NCBI GenBank assembly: GCA_041665845.1
Contig: JBAYIC010000004.1
Coordinates: forward strand, 939-64,938
Direction of reading: 5' to 3'
Length of the DNA stretch: 64,000 nt
Origin: Patescibacteria group bacterium
GTDB lineage: Bacteria > Patescibacteriota > Patescibacteriia > Patescibacteriales > UBA12465
Below the pieces are notes generated by a model that saw only the letters and a list, made by a program, of their open reading frames with translations, searched no databases and was not told where the DNA came from. Of the stretch, positions 1-9,681 are shown piece by piece (position 1 is the first letter of the stretch; each line of letters starts with the position of its first letter). The position numbers were made by a program, and so were the translations under genes.

Positions 1-1
1 A

Positions 2-29
2 ATTATAGCTTTTTTAAAAATTATGTCAA
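2..29 (-). promoter_or_regulatory. Sigma70-type promoter reading leftwards out of the window
   Basis: Minus strand TTGACA (29-24), 16-nt spacer, TATAAT (7-2). The target gene lies outside the window. Confidence 0.4.
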
Positions 30-107
30 GGGGGATAAATAATCAAAAAACAGCCTTATTTTAGCTGTTTTTTTAAATATCAAAATTGTTTAATGTTAGA
101 TAATTTT

Positions 108-1166
108 TTATTCTTCTAAACTAGCCTGATCTTCCATTTGCCCGAGCGCCGTCGCTCTTTCAATTAATCCGTCTTTATACAGTTGCCTAATATGTTTATC
201 AAGAGTAATCATCCCCATTGATGACCCGGTTTCAATTACGCTTTGTATTTGAGCGATCTTCCCTTCTCTAATTAAATTAGCAACCGCAGAATTATTTAGT
301 AATATTTCTCTAGCGGCAATTCTACCGCCGCCAATCTGTGGGAGTAGACGTTGAGAAATAATCGCTGATAAAACAAAAGATAATTGCGATTTAATTTGAT
401 TTTGTTGGTCGGCTGGGAAAATATCAATAATTCTATCAACTGTCTGCGCCGCGCTGTAAGTATGAAGAGTTGCTAAAACTAAATGGCCGGTTTCAGCTAG
501 CGTAATCGCCGTCGCAATTGTTTCTAAGTCTCTCATTTCACCCAACATAATAATATTAGGGTCTTGGCGCAAAACATGCTTTAAACCACTAGTAAAACTA
601 ATCATGTCCGTTCCTAATTGACGCTGAGAAATAATACTAGTTTTAGATTTAAAAATATATTCTATCGGATCTTCTAAGGTAACAATGTTGGCGCTTTTAG
701 TAGTGTTTATATAATTTATCATCGCCGCCAAAGTCGTCGACTTTCCACAGCCAGTTGGACCAGTTACTAAAATCAAGCCTTGATGCAAATTCAATAATTT
801 TTCAATAACCTCGGGCATGCCTAATTCTTTCAAAGTTGGCTCCTGATCTTTTATCACCCGACCGACTATTTTAATATGACCCTTTTCAAAAGAAAAATTT
901 AAACGATAACGATATTCCTCTAGTTGATAGCCAAGATCTAAATCGCGCTTATCAAAAAATCTTTTTTTCTGATCACGATCTAAAAGCGTATCGAGAAAAC
1001 CCTCTAAATCAGCTTCACTTAATTTAATAAAATTACCATCTTTAACAATTTGGTTAATGTTAAACAGCTCACCGTCTATTCTTAAAATCGGATTTTGTCC
1101 AAAAAGAAGATGAATATCTGAAGCTTGTTTTTCGGCGGCTAATTTTAATAAATTATTTATATCCAT
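108..1166 (-). CDS. pilT: Type IV pilus retraction ATPase PilT
   Basis: 352 aa. Walker A GPTGCGKST, Walker B region IIMLGEMRD, His-box-like ATLHT. Size and N-terminus are typical of PilT. Confidence 0.9.
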   Translation of the reverse strand: MDINNLLKLAAEKQASDIHLLFGQNPILRIDGELFNINQIVKDGNFIKLSEADLEGFLDTLLDRDQKKRFFDKRDLDLGYQLEEYRYRLNFSFEKGHIKIVGRVIKDQEPTLKELGMPEVIEKLLNLHQGLILVTGPTGCGKSTTLAAMINYINTTKSANIVTLEDPIEYIFKSKTSIISQRQLGTDMISFTSGLKHVLRQDPNIIMLGEMRDLETIATAITLAETGHLVLATLHTYSAAQTVDRIIDIFPADQQNQIKSQLSFVLSAIISQRLLPQIGGGRIAAREILLNNSAVANLIREGKIAQIQSVIETGSSMGMITLDKHIRQLYKDGLIERATALGQMEDQASLEE

Positions 1167-1179
1167 AATTAATTTAAAT

Positions 1180-1878
1180 TTACCAACTCATTTTTTTAAG
1201 TCCTTTAGCGGCGGCGGAAACTTGAGCCTCTTGTTTTGATGATCCTTCGCCATTGGTAACTAATTCTTCTCCTAAGTATAAACCGACCGTAAAAATTTTA
1301 GCGTGATCGGGTCCAGTCTCATCTAAAATTTGATAATGAGGAGTAATTCCTCTAACTTCTTGGGCTTTTTCTTGAAAACGTGATTTTGGATCAAGATATA
1401 AACGATTTTCTAAAATTCCATCTAACTTGCAAACAATATTTTTTAAAACAAATTTTTTAGCAACCGCGATTCCCTGATCTAAATAAATTGCGCCGATAAT
1501 CGCTTCGATGGCATTAGCTAAAATAAATTGACGTGATTTTTTATTTTTATCTTTTGATTCTCCTTTAGATAAATACAAAGCTTCTTCAATCCCTAGTTCT
1601 TGAGCAATTTCGTAAAGCATCTTAGCGTTCACCAAAGAGGCGCGCCAATTAGTTAAATCCCCCTCCGGAACATCAACAAATTTCAGAAATAAATATTCCG
1701 TAACGATTATTTCTAAAACAGCATCTCCTAAAAATTCTAAGCGCTCGTTATGTCCAATTTTAAAATCTGGATGTTCGTTGATATAAGAACGATGCACCAT
1801 TGCTTGGCGAATTAAGTTATCATCTTTAAAGGTAACGCCAATATTTTTCTGTAATTTTGCTAAACGAGCTTGTTCCAT
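1180..1878 (-). CDS. rnc: Ribonuclease III
   Basis: ERLEFLGDAVLE signature and a C-terminal dsRBD-like tail. The track start at 1887 is TTG; the first ATG is at 1878. Confidence 0.9.
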   Translation of the reverse strand: MEQARLAKLQKNIGVTFKDDNLIRQAMVHRSYINEHPDFKIGHNERLEFLGDAVLEIIVTEYLFLKFVDVPEGDLTNWRASLVNAKMLYEIAQELGIEEALYLSKGESKDKNKKSRQFILANAIEAIIGAIYLDQGIAVAKKFVLKNIVCKLDGILENRLYLDPKSRFQEKAQEVRGITPHYQILDETGPDHAKIFTVGLYLGEELVTNGEGSSKQEAQVSAAAKGLKKMSW

Positions 1879-1893
1879 ATAACACAAAGGGGG

Positions 1894-2445
1894 CTATAGA
1901 CTTAGCTCCCCTAATTTTAAATTATCTTCTTGCTTTTCTTGAGCTTCTTCCGCCTCCGCTTTTGCTTCCGTTTCCGCTTTCACTTCAGTCTGTTTAGCCG
2001 CCTCCGCTTCTTCTTTATTATCCCGTTTCTGAATTTCCGGTTCATCACTATAAAGAGCGCCTAAAACGCCGTTAACAAATTTACCGGAAGAATCACCGCC
2101 AAAACTTTTAGCGATTTCGATTGATTCATTAATTGCTACCCGTGGCGGGATAGCGGTATATAATAATTCATAAATACCGAGACGCAAAATATTTCTATCA
2201 ACAGCGGTAATTTGATCAAGCGGCCATTCCGTCGCGTACTTGATAATATGCTTATCAATAATATCTGTATGACCAGCAACGCCAGTAATTAAATCTTTTA
2301 CAAAACCGCCATCATCAAAATTAGGAGCAAAATTAGCAAAATTATCAACCATTATTTTTTCTAAATCACCATTTTTACGTCCATTAAAATCCCAAGCGAA
2401 TAAGGTTTGAAGAGCAATAGTCCTAGCAAGATGTCGATTAGACAT
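1894..2445 (-). CDS. nusB: Transcription antitermination factor NusB with acidic/Lys-rich C-terminal tail
   Basis: N-terminal [13 protein letters not shown] and FVNGVLG motifs typical of NusB. It sits in the rpmF-nusB-rnc gene string. Confidence 0.85.
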   Translation of the reverse strand: MSNRHLARTIALQTLFAWDFNGRKNGDLEKIMVDNFANFAPNFDDGGFVKDLITGVAGHTDIIDKHIIKYATEWPLDQITAVDRNILRLGIYELLYTAIPPRVAINESIEIAKSFGGDSSGKFVNGVLGALYSDEPEIQKRDNKEEAEAAKQTEVKAETEAKAEAEEAQEKQEDNLKLGELSL

Positions 2446-2448
2446 AAA

Positions 2449-2646
2449 TTATTTTTTTGGTTTGATTTTTGTTTTTGGTTTAATAACTTCCTTACCTTTA
2501 TAAGTACCGCAGAATGCACAAACAGTATGAGGTTTTCTCATCTCTCCGCATTTAGGGCATTTCTTAAGAGTAACTTTTTTTAGGGCTAAGTGAGCGCGAC
2601 CGGCATGGGTCTTACTATGGGTTTTCTTTTTCTTTGGATTAGGCAT
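2449..2646 (-). CDS. rpmF: 50S ribosomal protein L32
   Basis: 65 aa, very basic, zinc ribbon CPKC...CAFC. Promoter TTGACT-16-TATACT in 2660-2700. Confidence 0.85.
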   Translation of the reverse strand: MPNPKKKKTHSKTHAGRAHLALKKVTLKKCPKCGEMRKPHTVCAFCGTYKGKEVIKPKTKIKPKK

Positions 2647-2717
2647 ATAAATTTTAAATTATTACAATTTTAGTATAACGCAAAGTGGATATTAGTCAAT
2701 GAAGAATAGAAGTATTA

Positions 2718-4547
2718 TTAAGCCATCTTCGGCTTTGGCCCAACAATACTTTCAAATTCTGTTTTTTCTATAGTTTCTTTTTCTAGTAAGGCAGTAACAA
2801 TCGCTTCTAACTCTTTTCTTCTCTCATTAATTATTCTTTTAGCGACCTCTTCTCCTTGTTTAATAAATCCACTAATTTCTTCATCAATTCTTTCGGCAAC
2901 TTTTTCACTATAATCACGTTGTTCGTGAATCTCGCGACCCAAGAAAATCATTTCTTCTTTTTGACCATAAGTTCGTGGGCCAAGATGATCGCTCATACCG
3001 TAATCGGTAATTAAACTACGAGCAAGTGAAGTCGCCCGACGCAAATCGGAAGTTGCTCCCGTTGTTACTTCGGAAAAAATATCTTTTTCAACAATATGAC
3101 CAGCTAATAAAATCGCAATCTCGGAAATAAATTCAGATTTAGCATGCATATGGCGATCTTCAGATGGCGCTTTTAACGTATAGCCGCCGGCTGAACCACG
3201 AGAAATAATCGAGATTTTATGAACCGGATCAGCGTCTGGTAAAAAATGCGCAACTAAAGCATGGCCGGCTTCGTGATAAGCGGTGATCTTCTTTTCTTTA
3301 TCAGTTATCACTCGGCTTTTTCTTTCCGGGCCAATCATTACTTTTTCAATCGCTTCAAATAAATCTTCATTAAAAATCTCTTTCTTATTTTCACGCGCTG
3401 CTAAAATCGCCGCTTCATTTAAAATATTAGCGAGTTCCGCTCCAGAAAAACCAGAAGTACGTTCGGCAATTTTCTTTAAATCAACGCCAGTGTTGAGTGG
3501 TTTCTTGCGTGCATGAACTTTCAAAATTTCTTCCCGATCTTTTAAATCTGGAAGATCAATTGTTACTCTTCTATCAAAGCGTCCCGGGCGCAGAAGCGCT
3601 GGGTCTAAAACATCAGGGCGATTAGTAGCGGCAATAACAATAATATTTTGAGTCGCTTCAAACCCATCCATCTCAACTAAAATTTGGTTTAAAGTTTGTT
3701 CTCTTTCATCATGACTTCCGCCTAAACCAGAACCGCGACGACGTCCGACCGCATCAATTTCATCAATAAAGACGATACAAGGCGCACTCTTCTTAGCTTT
3801 TTCAAATAAAGAGCGTACACGTGAAGCTCCAACCCCAACAAACATTTCAACAAATTCTGAACCAGACATATGAAAAAATGGAACCTGTGCTTCACCGGCG
3901 ACTGAACGAGCTAACAAAGTTTTTCCTGTTCCTGGCGCTCCGAGCAATAACACACCGCGAGGAATTTTTGCACCAAGTTCATGGAATTTTTTTGGAAATC
4001 GTAAAAATTCAACAATTTCTTGTAATTCTTCTTTCGCTTCTTTCGCACCAGCAACATCTTTAAAAGTTGCTCTGTTTTTATCGTCCGGTTTAAAATCTTT
4101 AGCGGTTGATTGTCCAAAACTCATAGCGCGAGAATTAGCTCCTTGGACACCACGCATCATAAAGAAGATAAAACCGCCGACTAATATAAACGGTAATAAA
4201 AACGGAAGAATGTTTATCAAAAAATAATCCCAACCGCTTTCGTCTTTAACAGAAATTTTAATTCCATTTAATTTATTTTTATCAACTCCAAGATTATCAA
4301 GTAGGGCCGATAATGATTCCGCCGGTTCTTTGCTAATTACTTCTTTTTTACCATCTTTTAAAGTCGCAGTTATTTTATTCCCGCTCACTACTAATTCTGA
4401 GATTTCCGCTTGATTAATGCGACTGACTAAGGCTTCGATTCCGACTGTTTGGCTTTTTTCCGTATTTCCAGAAAAAGCGCTAAAAACAGCAGCGATTATC
4501 AAAAAGACGCCAAAAAAAAGTAAGAAATTTTTTATTAAATTTTTCAT
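2718..4547 (-). CDS. ftsH: ATP-dependent zinc metalloprotease FtsH
   Basis: Two N-terminal TM helices, Walker A GAPGTGKT, Walker [14 protein letters not shown] zinc motif. Confidence 0.95.
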   Translation of the reverse strand: MKNLIKNFLLFFGVFLIIAAVFSAFSGNTEKSQTVGIEALVSRINQAEISELVVSGNKITATLKDGKKEVISKEPAESLSALLDNLGVDKNKLNGIKISVKDESGWDYFLINILPFLLPFILVGGFIFFMMRGVQGANSRAMSFGQSTAKDFKPDDKNRATFKDVAGAKEAKEELQEIVEFLRFPKKFHELGAKIPRGVLLLGAPGTGKTLLARSVAGEAQVPFFHMSGSEFVEMFVGVGASRVRSLFEKAKKSAPCIVFIDEIDAVGRRRGSGLGGSHDEREQTLNQILVEMDGFEATQNIIVIAATNRPDVLDPALLRPGRFDRRVTIDLPDLKDREEILKVHARKKPLNTGVDLKKIAERTSGFSGAELANILNEAAILAARENKKEIFNEDLFEAIEKVMIGPERKSRVITDKEKKITAYHEAGHALVAHFLPDADPVHKISIISRGSAGGYTLKAPSEDRHMHAKSEFISEIAILLAGHIVEKDIFSEVTTGATSDLRRATSLARSLITDYGMSDHLGPRTYGQKEEMIFLGREIHEQRDYSEKVAERIDEEISGFIKQGEEVAKRIINERRKELEAIVTALLEKETIEKTEFESIVGPKPKMA

Positions 4548-4664
4548 TGTGTTTAATTTAAATGATTATCTCTATTATAAGAGGAAAATAGCCTTTTGTA
4601 AACGGAGGTCATTTAATAAAAATTCCTCGCTGATTGAGGAATTTTTATCTCGATATTTTTGAAT

Positions 4665-5882
4665 TTATTCAGCGGTTTTTTCCGTTTCTTCCTTCACTTT
4701 TTTAGTTGTCTTTTTCTTCTCCGGTTTTTTTCCTTCTTCAGTTTTTTCTTTCTTTTCACTTTCAGTTTTTTCTTCTTTTTCAGCCGTCGGCTTTTTCCCG
4801 TCAGCCAACTTTAAACCTAAACGATGTTCGGATGGAGAAACACTAACAACTTCGAAATCTTTAACTTCATCAGATTTAAATAAATCGGTAATTTTTTCTT
4901 TAGCACCTAAATTCAATTGGCTGATATGAGCTAAACCATGGATTTCTTCATCTAACTTAACAAATAGACCGAAAGGATTAACCTTCAAAATAATACCAGA
5001 AACAACTTGGCCGGATTGATATTTAGCACTCGCTTCAAGCCATGGATCCTTTAATAATTTTTTAGCACTTAAGAAAACTTTAGCACCATCAATAGAAATA
5101 ATTTCAGCCTTGATTTCATCGCCGACTTTATACATCTCGCTTGGAGAATCAATTCTCTGCCAAGCTAATTCAGAAATATGAATTAAGCCTTCAATCCCTT
5201 CACCAAAAGAAACAAAAACGCCGAAATTAGTAATCGCGGTAATTTTACCATCAACTCCCATTCCGATAGTATATTTATCAAGGGCTGGTTTTTGTCTTTT
5301 ATTCCAAACATCTTTTTCACTGAAAATAATTTTATTATCTTCTTCATTTAAAGTCATAACTGTAACTTCAAATTCTTGGCCGACAAAAGATTTTAATTTT
5401 TCTAAAATTCGACTCTTATCACCCCCAGAAATGCGAGGATAATTTTCAGGCGCTAACTGAGAAACTGGTAAGAAGCCATCGATTTGGCAATAACGGCTGA
5501 GTAGTCCGCCCTTATTAGCATCCATGATTTTAACTTTAACTGTAGTTTTATCTTTAATGGCTTGGCGTAAATTATTCCAAGCTTTTTCTTGTCCAACTAA
5601 ACGGAAAGAAAGTTCAAGCTCACCATTTTCGTTTTCTTCATCAACGACGGCCGCTTCAACTTCATCACCCGGTTTTAGTTCAGAAAATTCAGGAACTTCA
5701 TTATAAAGTTCCGGACCGCGAACAACGCCCATTAAAACACCAGCAACGTCTAACTTAACTTCAGCCTTAGAAGCAGAAACAACGGTTGCTTTGATTATAT
5801 CCCCGGCTTGAGGAATTTTGATATCATCCTTCTCTAATAATTTAGCGAAGTCTGCATCTTGGTCAACATTTTTGTCTTCCAT
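4665..5882 (-). CDS. rpsA: S1 RNA-binding domain protein (30S ribosomal protein S1-like) with K/E-rich tail
   Basis: Four S1/OB repeats (for example GDIIKATVV, VKVKIMDANKGGLL, GVDGKITAITNFGVFV, VSGIILKVNPFGLFV). The C-terminus is lysine/glutamate rich. Confidence 0.75.
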   Translation of the reverse strand: MEDKNVDQDADFAKLLEKDDIKIPQAGDIIKATVVSASKAEVKLDVAGVLMGVVRGPELYNEVPEFSELKPGDEVEAAVVDEENENGELELSFRLVGQEKAWNNLRQAIKDKTTVKVKIMDANKGGLLSRYCQIDGFLPVSQLAPENYPRISGGDKSRILEKLKSFVGQEFEVTVMTLNEEDNKIIFSEKDVWNKRQKPALDKYTIGMGVDGKITAITNFGVFVSFGEGIEGLIHISELAWQRIDSPSEMYKVGDEIKAEIISIDGAKVFLSAKKLLKDPWLEASAKYQSGQVVSGIILKVNPFGLFVKLDEEIHGLAHISQLNLGAKEKITDLFKSDEVKDFEVVSVSPSEHRLGLKLADGKKPTAEKEEKTESEKKEKTEEGKKPEKKKTTKKVKEETEKTAE

Positions 5883-6029
5883 ATTATTTAAAAGCCAACT
5901 CTTTTTATCTGCTTAGCAACAAAAAAAGCGTGCTGAACCCCGTCTAAACGGAGCTCTTCGGTCGCCTAGTAGAGCGTTTGCTGCTACCCGAAGATTTTAT
6001 TAAAGGCGAAATATTTAATTTGTACTTGT

Positions 6030-6058
6030 ATTCTATGGTAATTACTTAGTTTTGTCAA
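6030..6058 (-). promoter_or_regulatory. Promoter of the S1 gene
   Basis: Minus strand TTGACA (6058-6053), 17-nt spacer, TAGAAT (6035-6030). It leaves a roughly 140-nt comparatively GC-rich leader. Confidence 0.55.
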
Positions 6059-6116
6059 GAAAAAAGAGGTTCGCATTTCATCGCGAACCTCATTCTATTT
6101 TCAGCCATTAACTGTT

Positions 6117-7700
6117 CTATTTGATATAGCTTTTGGCTACAATTTGCAAACAACGGAGCTCCTCAGAGAGTGTTTTGCTGTCTAAAATCGCCTTTTGATG
6201 TGCCGGCATCACCAAAAATCCAGGATCCAATAATTTTTGTAATTCCACGGCCTGAGCTTCGTTAAGACCAAGTTCAATAGTTTTCTTGGCTAATCCATCA
6301 GCAAACTGTGCTTGATTAGCATAAGCGCCATCAGGATTGACGGCGATGTCCTGAATGGCGCGATAAGCGTCGCCCGGAATCCGCATTCTTTTCAAAACTG
6401 TTTGCAAGGCACTACCTGACATTCCAGGGTATTCTTGCAAAAAGGAATTAATTTTTTCCTGACAAGGAGCATAAGACTTCATCTCCCTGGTAATCCTATC
6501 AAGCGCGATAAAAATCGGCATCACGTCGGTTCCTAATTCCCGGAATAAAAACGAGCGTCCCATGTTACCGGCATTCGGATAGTTCGGCAATTCTTCAGCC
6601 AAAAAAGTTAAAGCGTTGCGTGATTTTTTGAGCATTACTACCGCCCCCTCCATGGCCCAAGCGTTTGATTTATTCGGCATGATAAATGATCCTTTGGCGC
6701 CTTTCTTTTTTTGTTTAACAAAAAGTTGCGCCGGACAGCTAGCCATGCGAATGAAATCTTCGGTCAATTTGATAACCTGAGTCAAAATATTGGCCACGAT
6801 TAAAAATTTTCCGGCTTCAATGGCATAAGAAACACATTGGTCAGTCCATGGTTCATACGTCAATTTATAATCTTCAATGTACTTCTTGGCAAAATCATGC
6901 CAGTCAAGTTCAGGATAAGCAGCATAATGACAAGTTAAGTTGCCGATAGCGCCTCCCATTTTTGCCGAGAAATCAGTAAATAATAAATCTTCCAATAAGC
7001 CTTGAATTGCGCTTATTCGAATTACCGATTTTATTCGGTGAGTTGTTGGTTCGGCTGCTTGAAGATGAGTTAATTCTGGCAGGATAAGCGGTCCGCCATT
7101 TATTGCTTCCTGTAAATGACAATAATCAAACAAGAAAAAACAAAAGTCCGCTAACCGGTTAGACAAATGTCCCAGAATAAGTTCGTTGGCAATCAAGCCA
7201 AAAACGATACTCATCGTATCCTCAGACGTTTCCGCAAAACCAACCGCTTCAACATACCTGGCTAAATGCGGCATTTTATTGGCAATTTTTAATTTAATAA
7301 AGTCGCCTGCGGCCGCCGTATCATGCTCAGTAAAGGCCTCAATCTTTTCGGCCTGAAAAATCTCATCCAGAGAGACACCGATAGTTTCCATAATAAAATC
7401 TTTATCTTCAAGGCTCAGCTTCCCAATAATCTTTTCCTCATCAGGAATCGACTGTTGCGCCAAAAAATCGCTCAGAGCAATTAAATATTGCTTGATTACA
7501 TAAAAGCGCTTCAAGCCGATGGCTTTTCCAGAAGTTATATCATTCATAAATTCAACGCTTTTACCATAGCGTCCCAAGAGAGAGGTTGGAGATGATAGAG
7601 TTTCTACCGTTTTCGTGTCTGCTCTTAAAGCAAACAATTCTTCTAAACTAGGAAATCCCGGACCGTAGCCGGCAATCATTCCCTGAACGATTTCATTCAT
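6117..7700 (-). CDS. Adenylosuccinate lyase family protein (fumarate-lyase superfamily), PurB-like, extended
   Basis: GSFIMPNKSNAW (compare GSSxMPxKxN), LTHLQAAEPTT (compare TH.Q.AqPTT), FTEHDTAA (compare HDV.A). At 527 aa it is longer than typical PurB. Confidence 0.7.
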   Translation of the reverse strand: MNEIVQGMIAGYGPGFPSLEELFALRADTKTVETLSSPTSLLGRYGKSVEFMNDITSGKAIGLKRFYVIKQYLIALSDFLAQQSIPDEEKIIGKLSLEDKDFIMETIGVSLDEIFQAEKIEAFTEHDTAAAGDFIKLKIANKMPHLARYVEAVGFAETSEDTMSIVFGLIANELILGHLSNRLADFCFFLFDYCHLQEAINGGPLILPELTHLQAAEPTTHRIKSVIRISAIQGLLEDLLFTDFSAKMGGAIGNLTCHYAAYPELDWHDFAKKYIEDYKLTYEPWTDQCVSYAIEAGKFLIVANILTQVIKLTEDFIRMASCPAQLFVKQKKKGAKGSFIMPNKSNAWAMEGAVVMLKKSRNALTFLAEELPNYPNAGNMGRSFLFRELGTDVMPIFIALDRITREMKSYAPCQEKINSFLQEYPGMSGSALQTVLKRMRIPGDAYRAIQDIAVNPDGAYANQAQFADGLAKKTIELGLNEAQAVELQKLLDPGFLVMPAHQKAILDSKTLSEELRCLQIVAKSYIK

Positions 7701-7765
7701 TGCCTAAAATTTAAGTTATTAATAGTTTTTAATAGTTTTTAACGAACTCTTGAAATTCTAGTAAG

Positions 7766-7792
7766 ATTATAATGAACCTTAAAATATGTCAA
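7766..7792 (-). promoter_or_regulatory. Promoter of the lyase-family gene
   Basis: Minus strand TTGACA (7792-7787), 15-nt spacer, TATAAT (7771-7766). It is preceded by a terminator hairpin at about 7797-7830. Confidence 0.5.
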
Positions 7793-7850
7793 CAAAAAAG
7801 CCTGACCAAAAAATCAGGTTGCTTTTACTTTTTAAAATATAAAATTCTTT

Positions 7851-8054
7851 TTAATCGAGCGATTTAAAATAATCACAATGACCCTCCGGAGAAATTTCGC
7901 CGTTTTTTTCTAATAGCTCTTCAAAAGTTTTATCATCTGAAGTAACACAAACACAAACATCCTCTTGATTATGAAAACTGCTGCAATTTTTACATTGGGT
8001 TACTTCATTCCCCCATTCGTTTACATATTCACTATCTAAACTTCTATCTGACAT
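7851..8054 (-). CDS. Small cysteine-rich protein, HiPIP-like Cys pattern (tentative)
   Basis: 67 aa with CKNCSSF...CVCV...GHCDYF, reminiscent of the CxNCxF...C...GxCxxF spacing of HiPIP. It has its own promoter and terminator. Confidence 0.45.
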   Translation of the reverse strand: MSDRSLDSEYVNEWGNEVTQCKNCSSFHNQEDVCVCVTSDDKTFEELLEKNGEISPEGHCDYFKSLD

Positions 8055-8128
8055 ATAATTTAAACTAAGTGTAATTAAAATTATTATATCATCTAATAAC
8101 GACGGTGCAAGTCGAAATCTAAACCCAA

Positions 8129-8158
8129 GAAAAAAAGCGCCGAATTTCTTCGACGCTT
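8129..8158 (-). terminator. Rho-independent terminator closing the paralog/fusion operon
   Basis: Minus strand AGCGTCGAA-GAAA-TTCGGCGCT followed by a T-run. Confidence 0.65.
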
Positions 8159-8181
8159 CACATATAAGTCTTTTTGACTTT

Positions 8182-9681
8182 TTATATTTCTTCCATTGCG
8201 GCTTTCAATTTGGCCCAATCTCCTTTAGGATCGGTGCTCAATTTGCCGGCGGTAATCAAATCAGCTACGGCCGGATCTTCCTGCTCATACTGATCAGAAG
8301 GCACAGAAATACCAGCGATAACTGGCAAGCCTTCCCACTCCTCAATATGATCTTTAGACCGATTGGCCACACAAGCAATTCCTACTGTAACAACTCCGAA
8401 GGCATTGAGGGCGTTAATTGCTTTTTGAGTAGTACCGAAATTATTGCACAAGTCCTCAAAAATAAGAGCGAACCAACCGACCTTAAGTGCTCCGGCATTC
8501 CGGCGCATGACCAAATTAAACTCTTCTTTGGCAGTTGCGGTTTTAATGGCTGTCACCTCTTTTTCCAAACGCAAGCCGGGGATACCCAGTAAACGCCCGA
8601 CTTCCTGAGCAATTTTAGTTCCGCCTTCGGGAGCGCCTATCAGGCAATCAACTTTATGGCCCCAGGCTTCTTCAAAGGTTCGGATTTTTTCGACCATCAA
8701 CTTGGCAAAGTAATTTAACCTTTGCGGATGGTCCTCTATCACGGCCAAATTAAAATAAACATCTCCGACATAATTCTTTTCACCAGTTGGTGAGGGATAC
8801 TTGCCACTATAAGCGACTAATGGCCCCAAAAACCTCCCTTCAGAATCCTGACGTGATTGATAATGAGCTTCAAAATTAATCAGTGTTTCTAAGGGCTGGC
8901 CCTTAATTAAACTTAAAGCGTCAGACTTTAATGCTTCCTTGATAGAAAGTCGGCGGCTTTCAGCGGCGCTGATTTTCCTTTCGGGGTTGCCTTTAAAAAG
9001 TTGGCCACCGAGAATTAAATTATCAGCCCCGGCGTCCAAAATATTCTTAACGCCATCAATGCGATCAGCCGATTGCTGACCAACTTCCATCCAATAATCA
9101 CGAACAGCCGGGATATACGTTTCAATGCAGTCCGGCAAAATCTGTTTCATAAACTTCAATTCTTTCGATCCACAAACTACAGAATCAAATAAATCATTGC
9201 CATACTCCAACAAATTCATAACATCATTAAGAATTGCCATTTCCGGAACGGCGCCACGGCGCATCCGACATTCATCGCGAGCAGTATCTGTTAACACTGA
9301 CACAATGGCAATCTTAACACCGGCAGGAATCAATTTTCGAACATCTCTTAAAGCGCGCAGAGAGGCTATACTGGAAACTGTCACAATATCACCGGGGCGC
9401 ATGAACGGAACATACTTCAACAAAATGTTTTTGTCAGTTCCATTTGTGTCCGGTAATTTTAAATCCCAAAAAATATACTTATCCGGATACAGACTGACAA
9501 TTTTTGCTAACACGCCATTCTCTCCTTTCATCCCTTCAAGATGTAGGGCATCATTAAACTTGAAATAGCTGATATAATCAACAATCTCGCTCGGTTCAGC
9601 AAAAGCTTCCGCAATACTGTCTAAAATTGCTTGGGCGCTTTCAACCCCGTCAAACCCCATCATAAATGGTTTTCTTTTCAT
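8182..9681 (-). CDS. Fusion protein: OMP-decarboxylase-like N-domain + type I phosphoribosyltransferase (OPRT-like) C-domain
   Basis: N-domain motifs: FWDLKLPDTNGT (DxKxxD), IVSVLTD, VVCGSKE, IPAVRD, GADNLILGGQLF. C-domain motifs: LIGAPEGGTKIA and PRPP loop ALIFEDLCNNFGTT. The track start at 9714 is TTG; the first ATG is at 9681. Confidence 0.65.
   Translation of the reverse strand: MKRKPFMMGFDGVESAQAILDSIAEAFAEPSEIVDYISYFKFNDALHLEGMKGENGVLAKIVSLYPDKYIFWDLKLPDTNGTDKNILLKYVPFMRPGDIVTVSSIASLRALRDVRKLIPAGVKIAIVSVLTDTARDECRMRRGAVPEMAILNDVMNLLEYGNDLFDSVVCGSKELKFMKQILPDCIETYIPAVRDYWMEVGQQSADRIDGVKNILDAGADNLILGGQLFKGNPERKISAAESRRLSIKEALKSDALSLIKGQPLETLINFEAHYQSRQDSEGRFLGPLVAYSGKYPSPTGEKNYVGDVYFNLAVIEDHPQRLNYFAKLMVEKIRTFEEAWGHKVDCLIGAPEGGTKIAQEVGRLLGIPGLRLEKEVTAIKTATAKEEFNLVMRRNAGALKVGWFALIFEDLCNNFGTTQKAINALNAFGVVTVGIACVANRSKDHIEEWEGLPVIAGISVPSDQYEQEDPAVADLITAGKLSTDPKGDWAKLKAAMEEI

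Noticed and set aside
3283-4662. Track ORFs overlapping ftsH (3283-3516+, 3821-4063+ and 4417-4662+ antisense, 3911-4117- in another frame of the same strand). Similar antisense or alternate-frame ORFs lie inside other long genes (5524-5706, 8347-8592, 9125-9568, 10772-10984, 11311-11574, 11806-12126, 13161-13397, 15128-15409, 15875-16060, 16358-16591, 23918-24208, 24647-24868, 25009-25362, 27385-27660, 31492-31797, 31858-32088, 33348-33569, 35038-35235, 35455-35664, 36286-36501, 37470-37685, 38823-39050, 39644-39832, 41263-41460, 42494-42790, 44211-44495, 46480-46924, 47714-47974, 48661-48981, 50585-50767, 51118-51390, 56325-56528, 58518-58709).
   Set aside because: Each lies entirely within, or mirrors, a much longer ORF with clear family motifs. 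Their low-complexity composition is typical of shadow frames in AT-rich DNA. None has its own promoter or terminator.
7719-7740. Short tandem duplication ttaatagttttt-aatagttttt upstream of the lyase-family gene.
   Set aside because: It is a two-copy, 10-11-nt low-complexity repeat in an AT-rich leader, with no supporting feature.
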